Source of the DNA: Acetobacteraceae bacterium
GTDB lineage: Bacteria; Pseudomonadota; Alphaproteobacteria; Acetobacterales; Acetobacteraceae
Direction of reading: 5' to 3'
NCBI GenBank assembly: GCA_027326105.1
Contig: DAHWFB010000114.1
Span: 33,365-97,364 of the forward strand
DNA: 64,000 bases
The position numbers were made by a program, and so were the translations under genes. This document shows, piece by piece, positions 1 to 13,658 of the stretch. The stretch's first letter is position 1; every line of letters starts with the position of its first letter. The notes below the pieces were generated by a model. The model did no database searches and was not told the DNA's origin. It was given only the letters and a program-made list of their open reading frames with translations.

Positions 1-274
1 TGACGAGCAGGATCGCCGCGCCATTGAGCACCCAGGGGATGGAAAGGTCGATTCCGCCCACCAGCACGACGAAGCACTGCCCCGCCGCCACCAGCCCGAC
101 GAAGCTCGCGTTCAGCGCCACCGCCTCGATGCTCGCCGCCCCTGCGAAGCCGGGATGGACGAGATCGCCGACGGCGAAGAGCGCAGCGGCGGCGAGGACC
201 GCAAATGCGACCCGCCGCCCATCGGCGTCGAGTGCGAAGCGACGAACAGGAGCGGCGCCGATCGCCTCGGACAT
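1..274 (-). CDS. ABC transporter permease (monosaccharide RbsC/AraH type), N-terminal part only; the gene runs off the left edge
   Basis: ATG at 274..272 lies 2 nt after the stop of the upstream permease. My translation is MSEAIGAAPVRRFALDADGRRVAFAVLAAAALFAVGDLVHPGFAG...QCFVVLVGGIDLSIPWV, a typical N-terminus and GGIDLS motif of sugar ABC permeases. It is not in the ORF track because it is truncated. Confidence 0.6.
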   Translation of the reverse strand, partial: MSEAIGAAPVRRFALDADGRRVAFAVLAAAALFAVGDLVHPGFAGAASIEAVALNASFVGLVAAGQCFVVLVGGIDLSIPWVLNGAAILLV

Positions 275-276
275 CG

Positions 277-1266
277 CTATCCCCGCCGGAACCGGCGGCC
301 GATGACGGCCCCGAGCACCACCACCACGACCAGGAACAGCCCCTCGAAGAAGGACTGGTAGAGCGGATCGATCGCGGTGAAGAACAGCACGTTGACGATC
401 ATCATGGTGATGAATGCGCCCGCCATCGCCCCGATCGCCGAACCCCGTCCGCCGAACAGGCTGACGCCCCCGAGCACCACCGCCACCACCGAACGCAGCG
501 TGAAACCGTCCCCCGTCGTTGCGTCCCCCGAGGTGGCGGTAGCGGCGAGCACCAGCCCGGCCAGCGCCGCGAACACCCCCCCCATCATGTAGGCGGCGAG
601 CTTGGTGCGGATGACGTCGATGCCGTTGGCCCGCGCCGCCCGCTCGTCGTTGCCCACGGCAAACAGCGCAACCCCGAGCGCGCTGCGGCGGAAGCCGAGC
701 CACAGCAGCGCCAGCGCCACGACATACACCAGGGCCCACGGGGCGGAGGTGTTCACCAGCGCGTCGGTATAGGCCTGGGGAATGGCGCCACCCGGGTCGG
801 GGAGCACACGGATCGCAAGTCCCTGGAAGATCGAAAGGGTAGCCAGCGTCACCAGGATCGGCTGCAACCGTCCGTAGGCGACCAGGAGGCCGTTGACCAG
901 CCCGAGCCCGGCGCCCACCGCAAGAATGAGCGCCGACCAGCCGAGCATGCTGCCGATCCCCGCCTTCATGTGGGCGGCTGCGAGTGCGTTGGTGAGGTCC
1001 ATCATGCCGCCGATGGAAAGATCGATCCCCCGCGTCAGCACGACCAGCGTCTGTGCGATGGCCGCCAGCACCAGCGGCATCGTGTTGTCGACCGTGGAGG
1101 TGAGCTCGAAATTCCCTGGAAACCGCCCTTGCTGGGCGAAATAGACCCCGCAGTAGAGCGCGACCACGACCACCAGCAGGGCGAGCGCGAGATTGAGCCC
1201 CAGATTGTGCAGCAGGTAGCGCCGCACGCGGGTGAGCCGCGCGGGCGCCGCAAGTGAAGCGCTCAT
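277..1266 (-). CDS. ABC transporter permease (monosaccharide RbsC/AraH family)
   Basis: 329-aa ORF with multiple hydrophobic segments. It carries the VVLTRGIDLSIGGMM motif typical of ribose/xylose-type permeases and sits between another permease and a two-domain ABC ATPase. Confidence 0.85.
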   Translation of the reverse strand: MSASLAAPARLTRVRRYLLHNLGLNLALALLVVVVALYCGVYFAQQGRFPGNFELTSTVDNTMPLVLAAIAQTLVVLTRGIDLSIGGMMDLTNALAAAHMKAGIGSMLGWSALILAVGAGLGLVNGLLVAYGRLQPILVTLATLSIFQGLAIRVLPDPGGAIPQAYTDALVNTSAPWALVYVVALALLWLGFRRSALGVALFAVGNDERAARANGIDVIRTKLAAYMMGGVFAALAGLVLAATATSGDATTGDGFTLRSVVAVVLGGVSLFGGRGSAIGAMAGAFITMMIVNVLFFTAIDPLYQSFFEGLFLVVVVVLGAVIGRRFRRG

Positions 1267-1278
1267 CGGGAAGATCCC

Positions 1279-2799
1279 TCAGGCGGCAAGCTGGGTCTCC
1301 CCCACCGCGGCCGCCACCACGTCCTCCGCGGTGAAGCCGCCGGCGGCAAGCTCACGCACGATCCTGCCCTCCCGCATCACCAGAACGCGATGGCAGAGAT
1401 GGGAAAGTTCCAGCGCGTCGCTGGAATAGAGCAGAACCCCCCGGCCTCCGGCGGCGAGGCGCATGATGAGCTCGTAGATCTCGCTCTTGGTCGCGACATC
1501 GACCCCGCGGGTGACATCGGAGAGCAGCAGCACCTGCGGCTCGGCGAGCAGCCAACGGCCGAGCAGCACCTTCTGCTGGTTGCCGCCCGAAAGATTGCCC
1601 ACCGCCTGGGCCAGCGAGGGTGTCTTGATCTGCAGGGTGGCGACCATTCTCTGCGCCATGCTCCGCTCCCGCCCGCGCGCGATCACGCCGGCGCGGCAGA
1701 GCAGATCGATCAGCGCCAGGGTGAGATTGTCGCGCACCGACATCGGCAGCAGCAGCCCCTCGGTCTTGCGATCCTCGGGAATGAGCGCGATTCCCGCTGC
1801 CATGGCATCCCGCGGGCGGCGCGGATGCAGCGGCTTCCCCCCCACCCGCAGGGCGCCGCCCGAAAGTGGTGCGGCACCGAAGAGCGAGAGGAACAACTCC
1901 CGGTGCCCATGGCCGGTGAGCCCGCCGAAGCCGAGGATCTCCCCGCGGCCGAGGCGGAAAGAGACATCGCGGAACCCCGGCCCCTCGAGATGCTCCGCTG
2001 CCAGCACGGTGTCCCCGGTGGGCGCGGGGGCGAGCGGCGGATAGAGCGCACCGACCCGCCGACCCGTCATCAGCCGCACCGCTTCACTCTCCTCGATGGT
2101 CGGGAAGGTGCCGACCTCGGTGCCGTTGCGCATGATGGTGATACGATCGGCAATGCTCGCCACCTCGCGCCAGCGATGGGAGGTGAATACCACGGCCCGG
2201 CCCTCGCCGCGCAACCGCCGCACGATGGCGAACAGCCACTCGACCTCGTGCTCGACCAGGGCGGAGGTCGGCTCGTCGAGAAACAGGACCCGTGGCGCCC
2301 GCAGGACGGCGCGTGCGATCTCGATCACCTGGCGTTCGGCGAGCGAGGTCTCCTCCACCAGCGCGCGCGGATCGATATGGGTGATCCCGAGCCCGGCGAG
2401 CGCTGCCTCCGCCGCCCCATCGAGCGCGCTGCGGCGGATCAGCCCGCTCGGTCCCCGCGGCTCGTGTCCGAGCAGCAGGTTTTCGGCGACACTCATCGCC
2501 GGGAACAGTGTCAATTCCTGAAAAACGGTGCGGATGCCTCGCGCGTGCGCGTCCCGGGGCGTGGCGAAGGATACCGTCTCGTCGCCAACGCGGATTTCGC
2601 CGCCGTCGGGGCGAATCAGCCCGCCGAGGATGCGGATGAGTGTGCTCTTCCCGGCTCCGTTCTCGCCCACCAGCGCATGGACTTCGCCGGCCCGCACGGC
2701 AAAGGAGGCATTCTCCACCGCGTGGACGCCGCCGAAAGCACGGCTGACGCCCCTGCCTTCGATCGCCGCAACGCCGGACTGTTCGGTCTCGCCGTCCAT
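1279..2799 (-). CDS. Sugar ABC transporter ATP-binding protein (duplicated ABC domains, RbsA/MglA-like)
   Basis: Walker A GENGAGKST is present in the N-terminal half, LSGGNQQKV in the C-terminal half, and the length is about 500 aa. I chose the internal ATG at 2799 (MDGETEQ...), which is preceded by GGGAGAAG. The listed ORF extends to 2862. Confidence 0.85.
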   Translation of the reverse strand: MDGETEQSGVAAIEGRGVSRAFGGVHAVENASFAVRAGEVHALVGENGAGKSTLIRILGGLIRPDGGEIRVGDETVSFATPRDAHARGIRTVFQELTLFPAMSVAENLLLGHEPRGPSGLIRRSALDGAAEAALAGLGITHIDPRALVEETSLAERQVIEIARAVLRAPRVLFLDEPTSALVEHEVEWLFAIVRRLRGEGRAVVFTSHRWREVASIADRITIMRNGTEVGTFPTIEESEAVRLMTGRRVGALYPPLAPAPTGDTVLAAEHLEGPGFRDVSFRLGRGEILGFGGLTGHGHRELFLSLFGAAPLSGGALRVGGKPLHPRRPRDAMAAGIALIPEDRKTEGLLLPMSVRDNLTLALIDLLCRAGVIARGRERSMAQRMVATLQIKTPSLAQAVGNLSGGNQQKVLLGRWLLAEPQVLLLSDVTRGVDVATKSEIYELIMRLAAGGRGVLLYSSDALELSHLCHRVLVMREGRIVRELAAGGFTAEDVVAAAVGETQLAA

Positions 2800-2865
2800 G
2801 GCCCGCTTCTCCCGAACCGTTCGTGCCATGGCGGGGCGTTCCAGGCAAGACCGGAGACCCATTCA

Positions 2866-6626
<3,761 letters not shown>

Positions 6627-6644
6627 GCCGTCCCGCCCGAACGG

Positions 6645-7507
6645 TCAGAAGATGGCGTTCACGATCGTGCCGAAGAAGCCCGGCCGTCCGCCCTTGGGCG
6701 GCGCCACACCTGGCACCCCGCCGCTTTGCGCGAGCTCATCGTAGGCGACCTTGTACCAGTGACTACCCGGGTAGTTGTAGCCCAGCACCGCGGCGTTCTT
6801 TTTCGCCTCTCCCACCAGGCCGAGCTTGAGATCGACCTCGACAATCCGGGCGAGTGCTTCGGCGACATGATTGGTGGTCTGGAACCGGTGCACCACCTCC
6901 TGGTAGCGGCCGAGCGCGGCGGCGTAAAAATGCTGCTGCTCATAGTAGCGCCCGATTGCCATCTCGTGGCCGGCGAGGTGATCACGGGCGAGATCGATCT
7001 TGAGCTTGGCATCGCGCGCATAGGCAGAGCCGGGGAAGCGGTTGACACCTCGCTGAGCGCGATCACGGCGTCGCGGGTCGCGGTCTGGTCGCGCGAGACA
7101 CCTTCGATTTCCTGATAGTAGCAGAGCGCACGCAGGTAATAGGCGTAGGCGATCTCACGGTTTGCCGGATGAAGCTGAATGAAGCGATCAAGCGAGCCTA
7201 CCGCGCCAGTGTAATCGGCATTCTTATACTGGGCGTAGCCGCGCATCAGTTCCGCATGCACCGCCCAGGAGGAATAGGGGTAGTTCTCCTCGACCGCGGC
7301 AAATTTCTCGGCGGCCTTCTTGTAGTCCTGCGCCTCCATATCGTTCACCGCTTGATTGTAGAGCACGGTGACCGGCACGGTGCGATAGTCGGGCTTGGGC
7401 TTGAGCGAGGCCCGCTTGCCGTCCCAGGCGGAACAGGAGCCGAGCAGCAGGGGGGTTGCGAGAAGGATGAGCCGCAGAGTGGCGGTGGGGTGGGAGGCAG
7501 GGTTCAT
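6645..7507 (-). pseudogene. bamD: Outer membrane protein assembly factor BamD (YfiO), reading frame interrupted by an apparent single-base deletion near 7044-7048
   Basis: The N-terminal part starts at ATG 7507: MNPASHPTATLRLILLATPLLLGSC (lipobox) ...YNQAVNDMEAQDYKKAAEKF...LRALCYYQEIEG. The C-terminal part (NRFPGSAYARDAKLKIDLARDHLAGHEMAIGRYYEQQ...) lies in a different frame and ends at 6645. The span is 863 nt, which is 3n-1. Confidence 0.8.
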
Positions 7508-7571
7508 GGCGCGCCTTATAGCAGCGGCGACGGGCAGCGCGAAGCGTGGCGCCTGATCGGCCGGAGCGAAA

Positions 7572-8489
7572 TCAGGCGGCGGCGGCGGCGAGCAACGCCC
7601 GCCCCCCTGCAACCGGCTCCGCCACCACAGTCCGCCGCGCTTCGGGCCGCGAGAAGAGGGCACGCAGCAGCAGATTGTGCAGCCGGTGGCCGGCGCGCTC
7701 GGCGCGGAACCGCCCGATCAGCGGCGCTCCGGCGAGGGCCAGATCCCCTACCGCGTCGAGCAGCTTATGGCGCACGAACTCGTCCGCCATGCGCAGGCCG
7801 GAGGGGTTGAGCACTCGCGCCCCGTCTACCACCACCGCATTCTCCAGGCTGCCGCCGCGGGCAAGCCCCGCCTCGTGCAGCGCGGCGATCTCGGAGGCCA
7901 GCGCGAAGGTGCGCGCGCGCGCCAATTCGGCGCGAAAACTCTCTGGCGAAAGTACCAGCGACAGGCCCTGCCGCCCGATGGCCGGGGCCGGGAAGTCGAT
8001 CACTGCTTCCATTTCCAGTACCGGTTGGCCGAACAGTTCGCCCGGCGCGAGTTCCGCCCAGGCCGGACCGTCGCTCACCCGCACAGTCTCGAGGATCTCG
8101 ATCGCCCCGCGCACGGCGTCCTGTTCGATGATTCCGGCACTGTCCAGCAAGAACACGAAATCATCCGCCGAACCGTCTCCGATCGGAATCTCGGGACCGT
8201 CCACGGTGACGAGCGCATTGTCGATGCCGAGGCCAGCGAAAGCCGCCAGCACATGCTCCACTGTTCCGATACGCGCCCCTCCCGCCACCAGCGCGGTACA
8301 GAGTCGGGTGTCGCCGACGCGGTCGAAGCGCGCCGGAATATCGAGCGCGAGATCGGTACGCCGGAACACCAACCCGTGTCCCACCGGCGCCGGATGCAGG
8401 CCGAGCGTGATGCGCCGCCCGCTGTGCAACCCGATGCCACGGCAGAAAATCGCGGATTTGAGGGTGCGCTGGCGCGGCATCGCGAACAT
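7572..8489 (-). CDS. lpxC: UDP-3-O-acyl-N-acetylglucosamine deacetylase
   Basis: The sequence MPRQRTLKSAIFCRGIGLHSGRRITLGLHPAPVGHGLVFRRTD matches the LpxC N-terminus. The start is ambiguous among ATGs at 8519, 8489 and 8480. Confidence 0.9.
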   Translation of the reverse strand: MFAMPRQRTLKSAIFCRGIGLHSGRRITLGLHPAPVGHGLVFRRTDLALDIPARFDRVGDTRLCTALVAGGARIGTVEHVLAAFAGLGIDNALVTVDGPEIPIGDGSADDFVFLLDSAGIIEQDAVRGAIEILETVRVSDGPAWAELAPGELFGQPVLEMEAVIDFPAPAIGRQGLSLVLSPESFRAELARARTFALASEIAALHEAGLARGGSLENAVVVDGARVLNPSGLRMADEFVRHKLLDAVGDLALAGAPLIGRFRAERAGHRLHNLLLRALFSRPEARRTVVAEPVAGGRALLAAAAA

Positions 8490-8823
8490 CACTTGAAAGG
8501 CTCCCGGCAGACCATCCATCGCGCCAGCCTTCTCCCACCTCGCCCCAGCAGAACCCTGATTCGGGCATGCACAAGGAAGCTAGAGCCCTCGATCTGCTTT
8601 TGCCAGTCAAGGATTATTGCAAAGTGTTTCTATATAACCATATGAAAATAAAACAAATCTAAGCAAGAAATCATGGCGGGATCATGGCAATTTTGCTGCA
8701 CCACAACAAGCGGACCGGGCCGCCGCCGGATCGACGCCGCCCGATCCTGGCCCAATCATGCGTTGGCACAATGCCCCCGATCCAAGCCACGAGTCATGAA
8801 AACGCTCACCCAATCACACCCGG

Positions 8824-8854
8824 AGCGGGATGACCGACCTCTGATCATCCCGCT
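8824..8854 (-). terminator. Stem-loop downstream of ftsZ (10-bp perfect stem AGCGGGATGA/TCATCCCGCT, 11-nt loop)
   Basis: Read directly from the sequence, 22 nt after the ftsZ stop. No U-tract follows immediately, so a terminator role is uncertain. Confidence 0.35.
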
Positions 8855-8875
8855 ACAACGGCGGTGGCCGCCGCC

Positions 8876-10480
8876 TCAGGGGTCCTGTCGGCGCAGGAAG
8901 GCGGGAATCTCGAGCCCCATTTCCTCGCTGGTGGTCGGAAGCATCGAGACTCGGGCTGACTCCATGCGCGCCGACACTGGCTCCGGTGCCGGCGACACCG
9001 CCTGTTGCGCACCCTTGATCGCGCCGGTCACCAGATTGAAAATCGAACTCCGCCCCGACGTCCTGGCGCCGCTTCCAGCCATCCCCGCCGCGGATTGGGC
9101 AAAGAGACCATTGGTCGGCCGGGTGGCGGCGACGGCGGACCCGGTCTGGGGTACGCTTGCGGAGATCGAAGCCCTACCGGCAGGAGCCGCCACCGCTTGC
9201 TCCGGCGCAGCTGGCGCCGTCGCCCCCAATACTACGTGCGCCTGCGGCATCGCGCCGGCCGGCGTCGCTCCGACCGGCATTGCCTGGGCCGGCATTGTCT
9301 GGGCCGGGCCCGTGCGCATCCCTGCGGGCGTCATCGCGATCGAGGTACTCTGGACCATCGGCGCCCATCCTGGAGCCGCCGCCAACCGCGCCGGCTGGGC
9401 CGGCTGGGCCGGAGCGGAGGAAGCTTGCGGCGCCGACGTCGCCACGAGCGTATCCGCCGCACCGCCACCCACGGCGACCAGTTTCGGCCGTTCCTCGCTC
9501 CGGCGCACCGGCTGGTCGATCCCCGTCGCCACCACCGAAATCCGGATGCGTCCGTTCAGCGCCTCATCGATAGCCGAGCCGAAGATGATGTTGGCCTCCG
9601 GATCCACCTCCTCGCGGATACGGTTCGCCGCCTGGTCGACCTCGAACAACGTCAGATCCTCACCGCCGGTGATGTTGATCAGCAGCCCTTTGGCTCCCGC
9701 CATGTTGGTGTCCTCGAGCAGCGGGTTGCTGATCGCCGCCTCCGCCGCCCGCGTCGCGCGGTTCTCGCCCTCGGCCTCTCCGGTGCCCATCATCGCCTTG
9801 CCCATCTCGCTCATCACGGTGCGGATGTCGGCGAAGTCGAGGTTGACGATGCCGGGCACGACGATCAGGTCGGTCACCCCGCGGACGCCCATGTAGAGCA
9901 CGTTGTCGGCCATCTGGAAGGCTTCCCTCCAGCCGGTGCGCTCGTTGCTGATCCTGAACAGATTCTGATTGGGGATCACGATGAGGGTATCGACATACTG
10001 CTGCAGTTCCTCGATCCCGGCCTCCGCGGAGCGCGCCCGCTTGATCCCCTCGAAGGAAAACGGCTTGGTCACCACGCCGACAGTGAGGATGTTGCGCTCG
10101 CGGGCCATGCGCGCGATCACCGGCGCCGCCCCGGTGCCGGTGCCTCCACCCATGCCGGCGGTGATGAACACCATATGCACGCCGTCGAGGTAGCGGTCGA
10201 GTTCCTCCGCCGCCTCTTCCGCGGCCGCCCGGCCGATCTCTGGCCTGCCACCCGCACCATTGCCCTGCGTCAGGTGCGGGCCGAGTTGAATTCGCCGCTC
10301 TGCCCGCGACTGGATCAGTTGCTGCGCATCGGTGTTGGCGACCACGAAATCCACCCCGGGCAGGTTCAGCGCGATCATGTTGTTGACCGCATTGGTCCCG
10401 CCTCCTCCGACACCGACGACGGTGATGCGTGGCGTAAAATCGGTATGGGTCTGCTGGGGGATGGTGAGATTGAGCGTCAT
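8876..10480 (-). CDS. ftsZ: Cell division GTPase FtsZ
   Basis: The internal ATG at 10480 ([10 protein letters not shown]...) is preceded by GGAGG. It has the tubulin signature [13 protein letters not shown] and [10 protein letters not shown], a long Ala/Pro-rich linker and the conserved C-terminal peptide [10 protein letters not shown]. Confidence 0.95.
   Translation of the reverse strand: MTLNLTIPQQTHTDFTPRITVVGVGGGGTNAVNNMIALNLPGVDFVVANTDAQQLIQSRAERRIQLGPHLTQGNGAGGRPEIGRAAAEEAAEELDRYLDGVHMVFITAGMGGGTGTGAAPVIARMARERNILTVGVVTKPFSFEGIKRARSAEAGIEELQQYVDTLIVIPNQNLFRISNERTGWREAFQMADNVLYMGVRGVTDLIVVPGIVNLDFADIRTVMSEMGKAMMGTGEAEGENRATRAAEAAISNPLLEDTNMAGAKGLLINITGGEDLTLFEVDQAANRIREEVDPEANIIFGSAIDEALNGRIRISVVATGIDQPVRRSEERPKLVAVGGGAADTLVATSAPQASSAPAQPAQPARLAAAPGWAPMVQSTSIAMTPAGMRTGPAQTMPAQAMPVGATPAGAMPQAHVVLGATAPAAPEQAVAAPAGRASISASVPQTGSAVAATRPTNGLFAQSAAGMAGSGARTSGRSSIFNLVTGAIKGAQQAVSPAPEPVSARMESARVSMLPTTSEEMGLEIPAFLRRQDP
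9276..9305. repeat. 15-bp imperfect tandem duplication (GGCATTGCCTGGGCC / GGCATTGTCTGGGCC) in the ftsZ linker
   Basis: Read directly from the sequence, with one mismatch between copies. A second micro-repeat, CCGGCTGGG x2.4, lies at 9391-9412. Both encode PAQ/MPAQ-type linker repeats. Confidence 0.85.
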
Positions 10481-10544
10481 CGGGGAACCTCCGTGGCCGG
10501 ATGGGGGATGGAACGGAACAAGACGAGGTGTGCGAGGGCGGCCA

Positions 10545-11843
10545 TCAGCCGCGCCCTTTGAGAATGGCGACCAGCCGGCGCAGCCAGCCCTTTGCCGGCT
10601 CCGCCTCGAGAGCAAGATCATGCAGCGATCGCCCCTCGCCCGCGGCCCAGGCCAGGAGCCCGGCGGAGGTTGCGAATCCGGGGCCGGTCGCGGCGTCCGG
10701 CAGTCCGCGCAACCCGGCGGGGCGGCCGATGCGCACCTGCCGCCCGAGAATCCGCGCGGCCATTTCCCGCGCGCCCGCTAGCTGGCTCGCCCCCCCCGTC
10801 AGCACCACCCGCGCGCCCGCCGCGCGCGCGAACCCCGAGGTTTCGAGCCGCTCGCGCACCAACTCGAACGTCTCCTCGAGTCGCGGGCGGATGATGCTGA
10901 CCACCATGCTGCGCGGCACCTTGGCGATCTGGTGGTCCTCCTCGCCGACCAGCGGCACCGCGAGCATCTCTCGCTCGTCGTCGGGGCTCGGCTGTGCATT
11001 GCCGTAGAGCGTCTTCAGTCGCTCCGCGTGTGCCACGGTGGTGGAAAGGAGCCGTGCGATGTCGTTGGTCACATGCTGCCCGCCGAGCGCCAGCATCGCG
11101 GTATGCAGAAGCTGTCCTTCCGAAAACACCGCCATTCCGGTGGTACCCGCGCCCATGTCGATCACCGTGGCACCCAATTCGCGCTCGTCGTCCACCAGCG
11201 TCGCCAAGCCGGCAGCGAAAGGTGCGGATACACATTCGCCGATGTCGAGATCGCAGCGATTGATGCAGGCACCGAGATTGCGCACCCCGCTCGCCGCCGC
11301 ATCGATCACGTGCAGCCGCGCGGTCAAAGTCTCGCAGAAGAGGCCGCGCGGATCGGCGACTCCGGCAGTGTCATCGACCGAAAAAGCGAGCGGCAGGACG
11401 TGGATGGTAGTGCGTCCCTCGCTCGCCGCACGCGCACGGCCCTCGCGCACGACGCGACGGAGATCCTCCTCGCCCACCGCGCGTCCGCCCACCGGCCATT
11501 GCAGATTGAACAGCCGGCTCTCCGGCTGCCCGGCGGAAAGATTGACGGTCACGGCACGCAGACTAGTATCGGCCATGTCCTCGGCCTGGCCGACCGCCGC
11601 GCGAACCGCGCGCTCCGCCTCGTCAAGGTCGGTGATTCCGGCGCCGCGTATGCCGCGCCCTTTCTGCCATCCGAATCCCAGCACGCGCAGCGTTCCGTCA
11701 TTCTCCACGCGCCCGATCAGGCAGACGATCTTGGAAGACCCAACGTCGAGCACCCCGAACGGGCCGCTGCGGGCCGCGCGCGCGCGCGCCGACGGCAAGG
11801 CGGCATCCGGGGGCAGGCTGGCTCGGCGCGAGAGATCGTTCAT
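10545..11843 (-). CDS. ftsA: Cell division protein FtsA
   Basis: 432 aa with an actin-like fold ([28 protein letters not shown]). It sits between ftsQ and ftsZ. Confidence 0.95.
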   Translation of the reverse strand: MNDLSRRASLPPDAALPSARARAARSGPFGVLDVGSSKIVCLIGRVENDGTLRVLGFGWQKGRGIRGAGITDLDEAERAVRAAVGQAEDMADTSLRAVTVNLSAGQPESRLFNLQWPVGGRAVGEEDLRRVVREGRARAASEGRTTIHVLPLAFSVDDTAGVADPRGLFCETLTARLHVIDAAASGVRNLGACINRCDLDIGECVSAPFAAGLATLVDDERELGATVIDMGAGTTGMAVFSEGQLLHTAMLALGGQHVTNDIARLLSTTVAHAERLKTLYGNAQPSPDDEREMLAVPLVGEEDHQIAKVPRSMVVSIIRPRLEETFELVRERLETSGFARAAGARVVLTGGASQLAGAREMAARILGRQVRIGRPAGLRGLPDAATGPGFATSAGLLAWAAGEGRSLHDLALEAEPAKGWLRRLVAILKGRG

Positions 11844-11853
11844 CGCTCCATCC

Positions 11854-12753
11854 TCAGGAATGACGCCGGCGCGTCCTGCGCGCGGAATGGTGGGTTCCGA
11901 CCGCCGGCGTGGACCCCCTGAGCGACGGCGGATAGGGCCGCACCACCAACCGATCTGCGAGGCGTAGATCGATGCGTTCGACCGGGCGGTCGAGCAGTGC
12001 GATGCGAGTCTGGAACTCCATCAGATGCGCGAGTGCCGCCGTCTGCCCGGATGCCGGCAACTCCACCGTCGTCCTAGACTTCAAAAGCAGATTCCAACGA
12101 CGTTCGCCGACGCGCACGGCCGCGGTGACGCGTGCGGCAATCTCGGGATAGCGTGCAAGGCGGCGGAACAGCATCGCGACATGCCCGGGCGCACCGGCAC
12201 CAACGACCAGCGGCAGCATCCCACCTTCGCGCAGCGTTACCGCCACATCGTGGTGGGCCAGCACCCGTCCATGACGATCGATCACCGAGAATTTTCCGTC
12301 GTGCTGCCAGATCGCGAACGGCCGGCGCTCCACCAGATGCACGAGCACCGTCCCCGGAAGCACACGCTCCACCGTCGCATCACGAACCGAGGCCAGCGTG
12401 AGCAGACGAGCCCGCGCCGCCGCCACCGAAAATCCGAGCAGCGGATCGCCACGAAAGACGCCGATCGCAGCATCCAGCAGCGGACGCGGCGTGGTCTTGT
12501 CACCCTCGATCACCACGTGGCGCACCCGCAGGCCCAGTGCCGCGCCGACCCCGCCGAGACGCTCCCGCCAGCCACCGACACTGCCCGTGGTCGCCCCGAC
12601 GGCGGAGAAGATGCGCAACCCGAGCAGCAGCGCGAGCAGTCCCCCGACCACCACACCCGGCCGCACGAAGCGGCGCAGGCGGCGCAGCATCAGCGCCCGC
12701 CGGCTTGGCCGGTCGGTTACCGAACTGCGCGGCGCCTTCCTCACACGCGACAT
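11854..12753 (-). CDS. ftsQ: Cell division protein FtsQ
   Basis: It has a basic N-terminus, a single TM segment (VVVGGLLALLLGL) and a POTRA-like region, and sits between ddl and ftsA. ATG 12753 was chosen; the ORF track starts at 12804. Confidence 0.85.
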   Translation of the reverse strand: MSRVRKAPRSSVTDRPSRRALMLRRLRRFVRPGVVVGGLLALLLGLRIFSAVGATTGSVGGWRERLGGVGAALGLRVRHVVIEGDKTTPRPLLDAAIGVFRGDPLLGFSVAAARARLLTLASVRDATVERVLPGTVLVHLVERRPFAIWQHDGKFSVIDRHGRVLAHHDVAVTLREGGMLPLVVGAGAPGHVAMLFRRLARYPEIAARVTAAVRVGERRWNLLLKSRTTVELPASGQTAALAHLMEFQTRIALLDRPVERIDLRLADRLVVRPYPPSLRGSTPAVGTHHSARRTRRRHS

Positions 12754-13658
12754 GCCGCGTCCTCGACCATCCAGGCGCACAAAGCGGAAAACGCCATGCC
12801 ACAATAGGCCGCCTGCTCGGGTAGGAGCGAGGTCTCGGTCAGTCCTGGCTGGGTGTTGACCTCGAGCAGGAAGAGTCGGCCCGGTTCGCCTTCGGTGTCA
12901 TCGTAGCGGAAATCCGCCCGCGTCGCCCCGCGGCAGCCAAGCGCCCGGTGGGCCGCGACTGCGAAGGCGCGCGCCTCCTCGTAGGCACCGTGATGCACCG
13001 CGGCCGGTACGACATGGCGCGAACCGCCGGCAGCGTATTTCGATTCATAGTCGTAGAAGCCGTGCGCGGGCAGAATCTCGGTCACCGCCAAAGCCCGCTC
13101 GCCCATCACACCAACTGTCAACTCCCGCCCCGGGATGAAGGGTTCAACCAGTGCAGTATCGCCGAAGCGCCAGCCGCGCGCGATCGCCTCGCGCCGATTG
13201 TCGCCCGCGCGCAGGATCGCGACACCAACCGAGGATCCTTCGTTCACCGGCTTGACCACATAGGGCCGCGGCAGCGGGTCGCTCTCGGCCAATTCGTCGA
13301 GCCCGACGAGGCGGTGTGCTGCGACCGGAATCCCCGCCGCCGCGAACACTGCCTTCGCCGCCACCTTGTCCATCGCTAGCGCAGAGGCGCGCACGCCGGA
13401 ATGGGTATAGGGGATCCCGAGCCAGTCAAGCACCCCCTGGATGGTCCCATCCTCCCCGAATCTGCCGTGCAAGGCGTTGAAAACCACGTCCGGAGCGGGA
13501 TCGAGTGCGGCGATCACTGCACCGAGGTCGCGGCCCACCTCGATCGGCCGCACCACGTAGCCTTCCGCGGCGAGAGCGGCGATCACCTGCCGTCCAGAAG
13601 CGAGGCTGACCTCACGCTCGGCCGAAATTCCGCCGTAGAGCACCGCGACGCTCTTCAC
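12741..13658 (-). CDS. ddl: D-alanine--D-alanine ligase
   Basis: [21 protein letters not shown] matches the Ddl N-terminus and an ATP-grasp core follows. The GTG start at 13658 forms a GTGA overlap with the murB stop. Confidence 0.9.
   Translation of the reverse strand: MKSVAVLYGGISAEREVSLASGRQVIAALAAEGYVVRPIEVGRDLGAVIAALDPAPDVVFNALHGRFGEDGTIQGVLDWLGIPYTHSGVRASALAMDKVAAKAVFAAAGIPVAAHRLVGLDELAESDPLPRPYVVKPVNEGSSVGVAILRAGDNRREAIARGWRFGDTALVEPFIPGRELTVGVMGERALAVTEILPAHGFYDYESKYAAGGSRHVVPAAVHHGAYEEARAFAVAAHRALGCRGATRADFRYDDTEGEPGRLFLLEVNTQPGLTETSLLPEQAAYCGMAFSALCAWMVEDAACRV

Noticed and set aside
8630-8674. Mini-ORFs in the AT-rich island (MKIKQI on plus 8642-8662; MISCLDLFYFHMVI on minus 8674-8630)
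   Set aside because: They are too short, lack convincing ribosome-binding sites and cannot be tested for conservation here. They are mentioned only as part of the AT-island finding.
8673-9896. 407-aa plus-strand ORF starting in the ftsZ-lpxC spacer
   Set aside because: It runs antisense through the ftsZ linker and core and has no features of its own.
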